Shown: piece after piece, positions 38,828 through 52,545 of the stretch | Layout of the letters: the number at the start of each line of letters is the position of its first letter | How positions within the stretch are numbered: the stretch's first letter is position 1 | Assembly: GCF_006345805.1 (NCBI RefSeq) | Contig: NC_043005.1 | Coordinates: forward strand, 44,082,001-44,146,000 | DNA from: Octopus sinensis | Lineage: Eukaryota | DNA: 64,000 bases | Reading direction: 5' to 3' | Made by a program: the position numbers and the translations under genes | The notes under the pieces: model-generated | The model's database searches: none | The model's input: the letters and a program-made list of their open reading frames with translations, nothing else | Told to the model about the DNA's origin: nothing

Positions 38828-38956
38828 TTATTGGTGGAACATTCCCATCCAAACCTCTAACAAGAGCAAATATAATATACTGGATATTGTTATTTGTGAC
38901 AGACAAAGAAAAGTATAGACCATCAGAGAGGTCAGCCACCATGCTGATGAGAATAC
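38828..38956 (-). CDS. Candidate terminal exon (VFSSAWWLTSLMVYTFL...HQ*), hydrophobic, product unknown
   Basis: Very strong acceptor ctctttctctttcatttttgaacag; in frame with the 39120-39302 candidate. Confidence 0.3.
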   Translation of the reverse strand, partial: VFSSAWWLTSLMVYTFLCLSQITISSILYLLLLEVWMGMFHQ

Positions 38957-39119
38957 CTGTTCAAAAATGAAAGAGAAAGAGAATAACTATGAATAACTAC
39001 TTTGAAATATTTGGCTTTTATACCCAGGTTATAAATTCATATCTATATCAATAGTAATTGACATATTCAGTTTGTTAGTGAATATGCCTAAATGACAACC
39101 TGGAAAAACTAAGGCTTAC

Positions 39120-39302
39120 AAGAAAAGAAAGCAACCAGCTGACATGCACGTTACAAATACAATCTGTAAGTGGACAGTAAAAGCCAGCAAGAGTTTTCTC
39201 AAGTTCAACATGTAATTCTGATTTTGATCTCTGCATTGCAATGATGGAACTTTGGATCTTTGTTAGAAACCAGCTCCTTCCTTGCAGGAAATCTTCAAAT
39301 AA
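39120..39302 (-). CDS. Candidate internal exon (LFEDFLQGRSW...VSWLLSFL, 61 codons), product unknown
   Basis: Acceptor ctctcttctatttttag and donor CTT|gtaagc; 183 nt open in only one frame. Confidence 0.35.
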
Positions 39303-40029
39303 CTAAAAATAGAAGAGAGCAAACAAATAAAAAAAAAAACATACATACATACTTTAGATATAAACATAAATGCAGATATTCATAAATACAAACATATATG
39401 CATACATACTTACACACATACATGCATACATACATATGTACATACATACATATATACATACATACATACATACATACATACATACATACATACATACATA
39501 CATGCATGCATGCATACATGCATACATGCATACATGCATGCATGAATACATACATACTTACATACAGACATACAGACATACATACATACATGCATACATA
39601 CATTAAAATCATGACTGTGTTTGAGTTTAATCTTTTTATTAAGGATTTTTCATATTTCCTTATTAGTACTTTATATCGTATTCAGAATAACAATAGTGTT
39701 CCTGAATCCATTAGTCCATTAACATTTGAAGAGCTTGGCTTCATCATCAGAATGAATTGATAAGGCAAAGAAGGACTTGAAATGTTAATGAACAAATGGA
39801 TTTAAGAATGCTATTGTTCCAAACTCAACACAAAGGTCAAACAAAAAAATAAGAAAAATCTTTAATAAAGAAAAAGTTATGTCTTTCATATAACAGTATA
39901 ACACGTTTGAACTAAAACTGCTCTAAGTTTGTGAAAGCACTAAACGCAATGCATACAGCTGCATTATTATACCTTGAGAGATCAAATTTCAGAAAGTTTG
40001 GCTTTGTCTTGCATTCTTCTTAGGGTTGT

Positions 40030-40400
40030 TAAGGTGGTGAGCTGGCAGAAACGCTAGCATGCCAGGCAAAATGCTTAGCAGTATTTCGTCTGCCGCTACG
40101 TTCTGAGTTCAAATTCTGCCGAGGTCGACTTAGCCTTTTGTCCTTTTGGGGTCAATTAAATAAGTACCAGTTATGCACTGGGGTCGATATAATCGACTTA
40201 ATCCGTTTGTCTGTCCTTGTTTGTCCTCTCTGTGTTTAGCCCCTTGTGGGTAGTAAAGAAATAGGTATTTCATCTGTCTTTACATTCTGATTTCAAATTC
40301 CGCCTAAGTCGACTTTGCCTTTCATCCTTCCGAGGTCGATAAATTAAGTACCAGTTGTGTACAGGAGTCGATCTAATCGACTGGCCTCCTCCCACCAAAA
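40030..40400 (+). mobile_element. SINE family B plus a partial tandem second copy
   Basis: Similarity to 34738-34970; the internal block is repeated. Confidence 0.85.
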
Positions 40401-40514
40401 TACTGCTCTCAACCCTACAGTGTCAAATGAACAGCAGATCTTGAAGCAGTTCAGTGATATTACACCAGGAAAACTGCATTAATGGAACAAATGGGTTACT
40501 CAGAGAGACTGAAA

Positions 40515-40960
40515 GAGCTATGACTCTACTTCCTGGGCAAAGACGAGAGAGGTATGCAGTGATATATGTATGGAAGTTCTTGGAGGAGCTGGCACTAAAC
40601 TTTGGTATTGAGAGCTATACTATCCCCCAAAATAGACATCACTGCACTGTTCCAAAGGTCCCAGCTATCCTGTCTAGAGTGAGGTCCATGTACTGCAATA
40701 GCTTGGGATCCAAGGGCCCACAGCTATTTAATGCCTTGCTAAAACATCTGAGGGATTTTATGGAGTAGGGGATAGATATTTTTGAGGAACAACTTGACCT
40801 TCTGCTATACAAGGTCCCAGATGAACCAATATCAGGGTGGCAGGGCTCAAAAAAGGGCAGCATTATCAAACTCCTTACTTAACCAAAAACCAATCACATA
40901 AGATTGGCCATTGAAAGGGTGATTACACTGGTGATGCTCCAGAATGGCCACAGCATTAGG
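40515..40960 (+). mobile_element. CR1/L2-group LINE 3' fragment
   Basis: RRERYAVIYVWKFL...SLGSKGPQLFNAL...LDLLL.KVPDEP...SNSL, a typical ORF2 C-terminus; a second copy lies at 47845-48250. Confidence 0.75.
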
Positions 40961-41319
40961 GCTGGAACATGTTAAAGAATAAAAAAAAATATATTCTTTG
41001 ATTCTTTTATATATGTATACACACACACACACACACACATATCGCTTTCTCTATCTCTTTCCACTTCCGGACGCTTCAGCCATGTAAACACACATGCTGT
41101 TTGTGGACTTTTTCCTTCTCTGGACTTTCCCTTTCTCCTCTTTCTGACAAAGAGCTATGCTTGAAACATAATAACCCATTCTTTTTTTCCACTTTTACTG
41201 AATGCCAAGCTAATGCATTCCATATGTACATACACTTGTTTTGTTATTGTTATTTTTAATGTTCGCTTGTTAATGTTCAACTTTTAATGTTTGATTTGAC
41301 TATATATATATATTATTGT

Positions 41320-42070
41320 TTTACTTGTTTCAGCCATATGGTTACGGCCACACTGGACCACTGTCCTGAAGGATCTTAAATCAAATAAATCGACCCCAGG
41401 ACATATTTTGTTAAGCCTAGCACTTATTCTATCAGTCTTTCTTGCTGAACCACTAAGTTACAGGGATATAAACACACCAACACTGGTTGTCAAGCGCCAA
41501 TGGGGGGACAAACACAGACACAAGATATATATATATATATTATATATATATATATATCATCATCATCATCATTTAACGTCCGTTGTCCATGCTGGCATGG
41601 GTAGGGTAGTTTGACTGGGCTGGTATGCTGGAAGGCTGTGCCAGGCTCCAGTCTGATTTGGCATAGTTTTCTATGGCTGGATGCCCTTCCTAATGCCAAC
41701 CACACCGAGAGAGTAATGGGTGTTTTTACTAGCCTAGTACTTATTCTATTGGTCTCTTTTGCCAAATCACTAAGTTACAGGAATGTAAACACACCAACAA
41801 TGGTTGTCAAGCGATGGGTGGGGGGGCCAAACACAGACACAAAGATGCACACACATAAATACATGCATACATACATTGACATACATACATATATAGATAT
41901 ATATATATGATGGGCTTCTTTTCAGTTTCCATCTACCAAATCCACTCCCAAGGCTTTGGTCAGCCTGAGGCTATAGTAAAAAACACTTGCCCAAGGTGCC
42001 ACACAGTGGTAATGAACCCGGAACCATGTGGTTGGAAAGCAAGTTTCTTACCACACAGCCACGCCCACAC
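41320..42070 (-). mobile_element. Nested SINE A and SINE C copies
   Basis: A family C segment (41555-41720) sits between family A segments. Confidence 0.75.
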
Positions 42071-43059
42071 CTATGAATTATGTAATGCTAAAATGTCTAC
42101 GTCATTAAGTATCTGTTTATTGTCTGCTAGATTGGAACATAGGGCTACAACTCAATATCAGCGATAAAATCTAAACTATTGATCCTTCAGTTTTTAAGTT
42201 TAACAACTACTGACTCATCCAGCTAAGGTTTTCTCATGCAAATGTTGAAAAACATGATATTGCACATGACATGAATCTTTGATACTCAGATTCTGAGTAG
42301 ATAATATTTTTCCTTGGGAATGTTTAAACCTTAAACAGCTGGAAAGGGTTACATGAAATGTAGATGCCAAACAGGCAATAACAAAAAAAACAACAAAAAT
42401 CTCTTTTTCTTAAGGGTAATTTTTATACTTATTTTCACTTTAAATAAATACAAAAACTATAATAATTGTTAGTCTCCCATACAATAAAATTTACAATCTC
42501 ATTAAAAAGTGCCATAAAATATTTACTTTCCTTTGATGATGGCCATATCCATGTAAAATTTCTGAAACATCAATTGTTGATGTCTCCTATTCTCTAATGA
42601 ATCATCAAATGATGATGTCTGCCATACAAGGGTTAAATAAACACTACAGACACAATGCAGAAAAAAAGCAAGATACAACTATATCATTTTGCATTTTAAA
42701 GTAGCTGTGGTCTTTTATCTAAAACTGCGTTGCTACTATCTATGCTCATATCATCCACTTTTACTAACCTCTGTTCTTTGAAAGCAACTTCAATTGTAAT
42801 TCACAAAAAAAAAAGAAAAAAAACAAACAGAATCTGATCTTACCACTTATAACCGAATAGATTTTACTTCAATCAAATTTGTCTGAAAATGTGTCTAAAA
42901 ATACAAACCTTCACGTTGATACCTATATGAAATTGGAGCTGAAAATTATTCATCATGCATGTGTAATTAAAAATGTTAGTCATATATATATATATGTCAT
43001 TTTATTTCATGCTATTTATCATTGTCCTGTCTTTCAGTTTCTGGAATCCTTTACTGGTT

Positions 43060-43235
43060 TCAGTCATTAGACTGCAGCCGTGCTGGGGCATCCCGTTGAG
43101 GAATATTAGTTGAATTTTTTAAAACTCAGTACTTTTATTATCAGTCTCTTTTGCTGAACTACTAAGTTACAGTGATGTAAATACACCAACACTGATTGCC
43201 AAATGGAAAGGGACAAGCACAGATATGAAGACACG

Positions 43236-43275
<40 letters not shown>

Positions 43276-43455
43276 ACACACACACACATGTAAAACAGGC
43301 CTCTTTCAGTTTCCATCTACCAAATCCACTCACAAAGCTTTTGTTGGCCTGAAGCTATAGTTGAAGCCACTTGCCCAAGGTGCCACACAGTGGCACAAAA
43401 CCCAGAACCATGTGGTTTGGAAGCAAATTTTTTACCATACAACCACTACTGCACC
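43060..43455 (-). mobile_element. SINE family A
   Basis: Similarity to 18321-18750. Confidence 0.8.
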
Positions 43456-44199
43456 TGGTATGTGAATTTTATAAGTTATACATACCCATCTTTGTGTTTG
43501 CATTTTTAATACTGAAACCTTATGTCCCTAATAAGGTTACATTTGAGGTTCTAATTATATGCAAGGCAAATTTTCCTTTCCTAGTAAAACACAGGTACTT
43601 GTTTAAGAATCTAGCAATTAATAGAAACAAGCAAAGTAGCTAGTTAGAAAAATCTCTATAAGAGATAACAGTAGTAACTATAATGAGAAGTAATGCTTGT
43701 CACCACTTCAACAAGGCTGTTCTGTATGAACCAAAGTTACTACCATCTTTAATCCCAAGAGAAAGCTTTCTCTAGCTGGTTATCAATGCAATCTGCACCT
43801 GGTATCTATTGCATGCAGGGGAGTGAACCACTACCATCTTCTAGTGACTTGACAGGACGACAGAAACTTTTCTTAAATATCACTTTTAAAGAGAAACCAG
43901 TAATCAAGTTATGATGGTATTTTGTATATTGGTAACAATTGAGACTATCATAAAATACTGTTTAAACTGCCCAGAATATTAACATTCTGGTCATCTCTGT
44001 CTATAGTGAATATATTTTTAATAGGCTCCACTGAACCCTTGCATAAATTTATTGATTTTTTACCTCTAATACACTTCAATGTTAAACAGATGAGTGGAAG
44101 GATTGTTTTGGCCCACTGGTAGAATGGCTGTCATGTGTACTGCACATGTGGTTTCATGTCTCACAAACATCCTCTATTTTTTTTTGTTTTTTTTTAAGA

Positions 44200-44640
44200 C
44201 AGCGAACTGGCAGAATCGTTAGCATGCTGGGCAAAATGCTTAGTGGCATTTCATCCATCTTTACATTCTGAGTTCAATTTCTACCAAGGTCAAATTTGCC
44301 TTTCATTCTTTCAAGGCTGACAGACTAAAATAGCTGACCTCTGGGGTCAATGTAATCAGCTATGCTATTTCTTCAAAATTGTTGGCTTTGAGCATAATTT
44401 GGAACCTTTATTAATCTGCTGTTTGGAATATAAATTAACACAAAATTTTGAAGGAAGATTTATTTGTTTAGATCAGTTTAAAACAGGTAATTTATATACA
44501 TTCAGTGTTCAAATTCCACCAAGGTCAACTTTGCCTTTCATCCTTCCAGGGTTGATAAAATAGATACCAGTTGAGTAGTGGAGTCAATGTAATTGAATTA
44601 CCCATTCCCCACAAAATTGCTGGCTTTGTGCCAAGATTTG
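44200..44640. mobile_element. Two SINE family B copies
   Basis: Family B blocks at 44200-44400 and 44500-44640. Confidence 0.75.
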
Positions 44641-45759
44641 AAATCAATATTAAATAGATGAGTGAAGCTGATATTATTCTCAAGCCTTGCTCCCATTTTG
44701 AAGAGTGAGAACTTGAGAAAAAACCAAATATAGTATTTTTCAATTTGATGTGTTTAAGTTACAAAGAGAAGCTTTTTTTTTTTAGAATGTGTTTAACATT
44801 AAATAAAGAAGCAATTCTATATATGTAAACTTATCATAGAATCTGCAGCTGACTAAAAGCCAGATAGATTTATTCAAAACTCAAATAATGGTCTCCACTG
44901 GAATTCCTTAGGTTTATAACTTAATGAATAATTTTGTGAGTTGTTGAGAAATAAGAGCAGCATAATGTTTTGTTTTTATATAATAGTGAACTTTTAAATT
45001 AGTCTAATATGTTCAACTAGAAAGAAATGAGAAAAGGTTAGTGAGTAACATTTAAAAAATCTATAAGACTTTAATAATGAATTCTAACAAAAATGTGAGT
45101 AAAATAGAGATATTTTGATTACATCCTCATTGTGATATTAATATTTCTTTTAATTTTTTTTCTTCTACCTTGAAATTCAGTTTAAATCATTAAAAATATC
45201 GATTTCTTCCTTAATCTATTACGCAAGCAATGGAATCTTATTAAAGACACTGAAAGAATAAAGATCATTTTTTCTCTTAAATATGAGAATTTGCAGGGAA
45301 AATTAGAATATTGTAATACAATAAAGACAAGTGGAGAAAACAAGAATTCAGAAATTTTAGTAAAATTTCTGAATTCATTTCCTGTCCAATATTATTTCTT
45401 TTTGCAAAGCATCAGTTAAATCCTCCCTAACATGGGGAGGGGAAGGAGATTATCTGCTAGGATGGTTGCAGTGGCTTAAATTTCTATGTGTACTGATTTG
45501 AGGCAATATAAATTTGAGAAAGTTTAATCTTGAAGAATGAACTCAATGAGAATAAAATGAGAAAAATAAAAAAAAAGTCAAAATGACTCAGTTGTTGATG
45601 CTATCAGCTTTCAAACCTTCAAATTTGACATTTTTGTCTCTGATAACACTAACATTGCTCTTTCTTTAAAATTTTAATTTTGTTGTTGCTTAATCCCAGG
45701 TCAACCCTAAATGTAACAGACATATAATTAAAGACATTCCATCCCTGACCAGCCTGTCT

Positions 45760-46270
45760 TGTTTACAGGTATTTTGTTCTGCTTTTCCAAGTCGACTGCA
45801 TGCACACTTTGGCCATGTTTTTCGATAATTCCCTGGACATCATCTGCTTCTTCTTCTCAACACTGTCCTTCACAATCACTTTCTTCAGACCAATGGTTGG
45901 GGAAATGAAGTTTATCAAAAGAACTGCAAGCACAATTGTGAGTACAACGTTGATGATTTTGTAGCCCGCAATGATTAAGTAAGCATTTTACCACCCATCT
46001 AGCTAACAATCCACTAGCAGTCTTCACACTTGCTAATGCACATGTCTGACTAGATATCGATCTACTAATGATCTTTACACTTGCTAACATGCATGTCTGT
46101 CTAGCTATCAAGTGAGACACAGGATGTTGGGCAGATGTCATGGTGTTCACCGTGGCATTCGCTATGCCAACTAGTGGTGAAGTATCTGAAGCTGGCTCAT
46201 AACCCAAATTTTAGCTTGCAACTCAAAGCAAAAAAATCGGCCAAGAGACAGCTCATATCTCAAAAACGAC
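45760..46270 (-). mobile_element. pogo/Tigger-like DNA transposon, 5' fragment
   Basis: GLKKVIVKDSVEKKKQMMS / (frameshift) IIEKHGQSVHAVDLEKQ resembles the N-terminal CENP-B-type HTH of Tigger transposases; recalled similarity, not a database search. Confidence 0.6.
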
Positions 46271-46725
46271 GGGCTTCTTTCAGTTTCTGTCAACTAAATC
46301 CATTCACAAGGCTTTGGTCAGCCTGAGATTATAGCAGAAGACACTTGCTCAAGGTGCCACACATTGGGACTGAACCTGGAACCATGTGGTTTGGAAGCAA
46401 GCTTCTTTATTTTATGAAATTGGCTATAGAAGCTTTACACAGATGGGGCAAACAAGGACAGACAAACATAGAGGGTGAAGAATGAAAACGTTTTGTATGA
46501 TGATACGAAAATGTCATAAGGTTAAAGATTATTTTTTTGTTTTTAATTTCACATTTAAACGTTTGATGATCATTATTTAAGTGCCATTTTACAATGAACA
46601 CAATTGAAGGAGAGGCATCCAACCGCCAGGTTCGAACCTTTACTTTTCCTTCTGGTCCCACTTACCTGGTTCCAGTCACTTGCAGCATGTTCACTACTGG
46701 CTTCTATCTTTTCACAAGTATACCC

Positions 46726-46806
46726 TGTGGCAGGTATTTTTTGTCCAGCCTGGTCTTACTATTACCTCAATAGTAAGATCAGGCTGGACAAAAAATACCT
46801 GTCACA
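46726..46806. repeat. Near-perfect 38-bp hairpin with a 5-nt loop
   Basis: tgtggcaggtattttttgtccagcctggtcttactatt-acctc-aatagtaagatcaggctggacaaaaaatacctgtcaca; the two deviations are G:U compatible. Confidence 0.9.
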
Positions 46807-47484
46807 CGATATATTTGCAAAAACCACAAATCAGGGCAAGGTACAACGGTCAGGTGGTAGATGATAACAGATGCTATGAACATCTGCACCACCTCCACCC
46901 TCCCTAGCTGTACCAGGCAGTGGCTCTCGTGGATTCTGATCTTAACTGATTGGAAATGTTATCATGTACATTGTTTTGTCTTGGTATAAAAAATGGGCTA
47001 CAGCAAATATTCTGCTCAATACCACAGATTTGCTTGTCAGTTGTTTGATCTTAACCAGTTGAGCATGTACTTTAGTTGCTGATGATATGTGCATCTCTAC
47101 AAGTAGAAGGAGTGGGGGAGCATCATAGCCATGTGTTGAAAGGAATTCTTTGAGGTTTGGATAATTCACCTTTGGAAACATAGGTGTTTTGTTCAACATC
47201 CTCAAACAGCCCTTATTCAAGAACCTTTTTGAATGGGATGGGCTACTCAAATGAAGAAAATTCTAACTGGGCCCCACCTGCAAAGTCATGTACTGTTTAT
47301 CTTGATATGAGATCACCATGTTGCGCACATATGGTTGTGATGCATGTGCCTAGGGTACCCTTATAAAACACAGGTACTCATGACGGGTATACTGGGCTTC
47401 ATATATTTTACCCCAGTGTCACTTTGATGGCATGCACTGCTCTCTCACACAATAATAATAATAATAATAATAATGATAATAATG

Positions 47485-47535
<51 letters not shown>

Positions 47536-47584
47536 TAATAACCATAATAACAATAATAATGATAGTAATAATAATAACTCTCAC

Positions 47585-47845
47585 TGAGTGAGGTGGAGTG
47601 CAGCGAATGGCCGATAACAGCCGTGGAGACACAGGAAGTGATGAAGAACTGCATGAGAGGCAGATCACTAGGTTTGGATGGTCTGCCCTACAAGCTTTAC
47701 AGTTCAATGCCAGACTTATTTGTGGGCTTCTTAGCAGATGTTTACTGCAACTGGCAGCAGAATAGGAGAATTCCCACTTTTGTCAGTCAAGGGGTGGCAG
47801 CGCTACTGAGAAAGGACTCAAACAAGGGGAATTTTCCGAAGTGAA
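47585..47845 (+). mobile_element. L1/Tx1-like RT N-terminal fragment
   Basis: PITAVETQEVMK...RSLGLDGLPYKLY...GVAALLRKD resembles the KSPGPDGLPYEFY...G.I.LL.K region of L1/Tx1 ORF2. Confidence 0.7.
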
Positions 47846-48250
47846 GATGGGAGAGATATGCAGTAATATATATATGGAAGATTCTGGAGGAGCTGGCATC
47901 AAACTTTGGTATCAAGAGTTATACCAGCTCTAAATTGGACATCACTGCACTGTTCCAAAGGCCCCAGGTATCCCATCTAGAGTGAGGTCCATGTACTGCA
48001 ATTGCTTAGGATTTGAGGGCCCAAAGCTATTCAATGCCTTGCCAAAACATCTGAGGGATGTTTATGGAGTAGGGGTAGATGTTTTCAAGTAACAACTTGA
48101 TCTCCTGCTATCCAAGGTCCCAGGCAAACCAATATGAAGGCAGGAAACTCAAAAGAGCAGCAGTGTCAAATTCCCTCTTTCACCAAAAGCCAATCACATA
48201 AGATTGGCCATTGAAAAGCTTGTTACAGTGCGTTCCATCATAGCTACACC
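47845..48250 (+). mobile_element. CR1/L2-group LINE 3' fragment, second copy
   Basis: Clearly similar to 40545-40930 along its length, including the ccaatcacataagattggccattgaaa tail. Confidence 0.8.
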
Positions 48251-48546
48251 CTATGGGATGAAACATTTGAAAGAATGCAAAAGAATATAAGAATACTCTT
48301 GCAGACACACACACACTCACACACTCCCATATGCATATACATATGTGTATGTGTATGTACATCAATAGGTTTATATAAATATATATGCATATGTATGGAA
48401 AGTGGGCATTAAGCGATGATGATGATGATGAGATAAACGTATATATAAATGCATATATATATATATATATATATCTATATTATGTATGCATGTATATATA
48501 TATATAAACACACACATGCACACACATATATATATATGTATGTATG

Positions 48547-48583
<37 letters not shown>

Positions 48584-50328
48584 GTATGTATATATATATG
48601 TATATATATATGTATATATATATATAATTATAAACAAGGGCAAAAGAAAACATTTCTATGCCAAAATGCTGAAAAATAGACTTTATATTGTCAATCGATG
48701 ATTTAAAGTCTATTTCTCAGCATGTTGGTATAGAATTTTTTTCTTTTACCCTTATTTATGATTGTTTATAATTTTCACCATAAAAACTATTTTTAATATG
48801 CTGGCCACTCGATGAAACTTTTTGAAAAAATTTAAACCTATATTAGAAGTAAATGTATATATATTTACTTCTAATATATATATATATATATATAATTGGC
48901 TTCTTTCAGTTTCTGTCTCCCAAATATACACACAAGGTTTTGGTTGGCCCAAGGCTATAGTAGAAGACACTTGATCAAACTGACATTCAGTGGGACTGAA
49001 CCCGGTACCATGTGGTTGGGAACCAAGCTTCTAACCACACAGCCACATCTACACCTAAACTAAATTTATTTTGAAAATAATTAATATGCATACCCTATAG
49101 CTGAAGTTCATTAGGTAAATGGACCTAAACAAAAAGTTAATTGTTTCTCTGTTTTTATTTTAAAATTAACCAACATAGATAATTATTCCAATTTTTCTAA
49201 AACACTAAGTAAATCAATTTTCTCTTCTACTAAAGTATTTTTATTGCCATCTCCATCACCATCACCATCCCCAACACCAACACCATGGCAGCTTCCAGCA
49301 GTATTAGCACCATCATTACTACTACAATCATTTCGTGCACTAGTAAGCATCACTTCGCTTCCGCTATCAACACTTCTACATCAGCCAACCTAATTTCTGT
49401 ATTCAGTCCACACTAATTACATACCATGCTAATTCTGATCACCATCAGGCCCAGAATCTGCTCTGCTAGTAAGTTCTATGACTATGATAAACCTGAGGTT
49501 TTAGTCTACCTTATGATAGTGTTGAAAATATAGATTTAACTTATAAAGGATGAAGACCCCTTTCAGTCATATATCACCATGGGATTGCACCTAGAAAGTC
49601 ACCCTCCAAGCAGGACCAAGCTACAATTACTTATAGGATTTTGGTGCCCCTGTATATATCTGTAATTCAAAATATAAACAATAATAACTATAAAATAAAT
49701 ATTTTATTTTTCAAAGTGAAACAAAGCTAACAGTAAGATGGAAAATAATGTTTAGTTCTGTACTCATCTCATTTATTTATATTTGAAAAGTTTTCTCCTA
49801 CTTTTTTTCCATTGCACCATCTATGATCAGATCCTCAAAATTAATCTTACATAACACACTTGCTTCTATATTTAGTAGAGCTAAGGCATCCTGAATATTA
49901 TTTTAGCAAGTATAAAGTGATTTCTTTTGTACTGTAAACCATTTCTGTGGTGCCCCCTTCCATACATGCTCTAAGCACATGCTTATTTTGCTTAATGGTT
50001 AACAAAATCTTTAAAATCTTTAACAAAACTGTCCGACAAATGGAAATGTGAAACTGTGAGTAACAGCTTTTGTTATATTTCTGCTGCTTTTAAATAAAGT
50101 ATATATGTATGTATATATATATATATATATCTTTATATATATATATATATGTATATATAATATGGGTGACTTATTCACAATTTTACAATGTAAAGGCAGA
50201 AATATAAATGTCATTTAAGTGACTAAGGGCACTAATCAGCACCAGTATTGCTAGAAATAAGAGTCAAAACAACCTTGCTTCGGTTGAGAGTAAATAATAT
50301 AAATTTTGTCCTCTTGTGGATGGCCATC

Positions 50329-50391
<63 letters not shown>

Positions 50392-50403
50392 CACATATAC
50401 ATA

Positions 50404-50590
50404 CAGGGTGCGTAAGATATTTGAGGACAGATTTATGCTTATAAAAAAACAGCTGTATACTAACAGATAATAATTTTATTTATCAAAAAATGCTATGAGG
50501 ATAAAAATTAAACCTTCTTTTCTATAATGTTATTCAATAAAGTCACCTTCAGCTTCAGCAACTGCTTCTATATGAGATCTAAATCACTTA
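50404..50590 (-). mobile_element. maT/mariner-like 3' end fragment
   Basis: TA|CAGGGTGC terminus; minus strand FRSHIEAVAEAEGDFIE* parallels the C-terminus of the 30302-31165 element. Confidence 0.7.
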
Positions 50591-51259
50591 CATGCTCGAA
50601 TCAAGTGGTCCTGGTTCATTTTCGACATTACTCATGATGATGATGTTGACAGTGATAATAATGAAGTTAATGATGATGACGACAACGATGATGATGATGA
50701 CAACAATGATGATGATGACGATGATGATGATGATGATGGCGATGATGACAATGACAACAATGATGATGATAATGATACTCACACACTCACATATAGGCCA
50801 CCCTCAAACACCTAGAAATATTCACAATATTCCGGAACACTAAGTCAAAACAAATATAGAAGACACATTCTCCACCAAATTGAAGCACCATGACCCTTGC
50901 AGAATCTCCAAGATTTGTATGATTAATGCAGTTGAGTTTACTTTGAACTACTGTCTGTCAAAATCTATAACAGCAATGGCAGGTACACTCTGAACAAATG
51001 TACCTTACCCACTTATGATGTAACCACCAGAAAAAGGCAGTAGAATGGAGCAAACACAACATGCACAGACCTTCTTAGAATATTCCATACTTAAAAACTG
51101 TTGCCTGCTTTGGTATACAATATGTCCATTAAGTAAAAGTATGGTATATCTGGAATACTATTGCTATAGACTACATCTGGTGGTTTGATTTCTGACTTAC
51201 CGCTATGCTGCAGGTTTACTCAATAAAATTACACAATGATGGTAAGTAGAAAAAAATGG

Positions 51260-51655
51260 GTGCAGTCATGAGTATTTGGTTAAGAAGCTTATTTCTCAGC
51301 TATGGGGTACTGGGTTCGATTCTACTGTGTGGTATCTTGCACAAATGTCTTCTACTATAGCATCTAGTCAGCCAATGCCTTGTGAGTGGATTTGGTAGAC
51401 GGAAGCTCGTGTTGTGTGTGTATGTAAGTGAGGTTGTTTTTAGCCTTGTCTTGATGCCATATGATGGCTGTGAATGAGTGAGGTTGTTTATTTCTAGACT
51501 TCTGTGAAAAACATGTCAGTATTCAGTGGAATATCACCTTGCTTGGAAATAGGTGAGAAGTTGGCAAAAAGGAAGGGCATCTGACCATTGGAAATCAGTC
51601 TTAACAAATCTTGTCTGACCCATGCAAGCATGGAAAAATGGACATTAAATGAGGA
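51260..51655 (+). mobile_element. SINE with a family A head and family C-like tail
   Basis: A-type head followed by ggaagggcatc...gcatggaaaaatggacattaaatga; similar 3' part at 23520-23710. Confidence 0.65.
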
Positions 51656-51814
51656 GAGGGGGGAGGAGGAGGAGGATCATAATGAACACAAACATGCCAC
51701 CCTCTTGCAAAAAACATTAAGACTTTTAGCACCATTGTTATCAAAACAGATTATATCTTGAATCTAACACTTGTTTTATCATTGTATAATTATACTGTAA
51801 GTATCCATCTCTCA

Positions 51815-52545
51815 ACATTCTGAGTTCAAATTCCACTGACATCAGTTTTGGCTTTTGCCCATAGGATATTGGTTTCAAATTTTCACACAAGGCCAGCAAT
51901 TTGGGGAGGGGAGAGTAAGTCGATTACATTGACTCCAGTACTCAACTGGTACTTATTATATTGACCCTGAGAGGTTGAAAGGTAAAGTCAACCTTGATAG
52001 AATACGAACTCAGAATATAAGATGGATGAGATGCTGCTAAGCATTTTGCCTGGCATCCTAGTGATTCTGCCAGCTTGCTACTTTCTTTCATCCTTAGGAT
52101 ATTGGTTTAAAACTTTTGCACAAAGCCAGCAATGTTGGAGGAGGGAGTAAGTCAATTATGTCAACTTCAGTGCTCATCTGGTACTTATTTTATCTATCTG
52201 AAAGGGTGAAAGGTAAAACTGACTTTGGCAGAATTTGAACTCAGAACATAAAGACAGATGAAATACCACTAAGCATTTTGCAAGAAATGCTAATGATTCT
52301 GCCAGCTCAAAGCCTTCCTTCATCCTTAGAATATTGATAAAATAAAGTTCCAGATAATACTGGGGTTGACTTAATCAACTAAACTCTTCCCCGACAATGT
52401 TGTGACCCCGTGTCTATGTTAGAAATTGTTTGTTAGGACATTAGTGTTTAGTTATTGATGCTCTAAGTTCAAATCCTGCCAAGGTTAACTTTGCCTTCGA
52501 TCCTTCTGGAATCAATAAAATAAAGTGCTTGTGAACTGAAGTAGC
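51815..52545. mobile_element. Cluster of SINE family B copies in mixed orientation
   Basis: Family B blocks on both strands. Confidence 0.75.

Noticed and set aside
45769-45938. Plus-strand exon bounded by tttacag and gtgagt
   Set aside because: It is the antisense strand of the Tigger-like transposase fragment.
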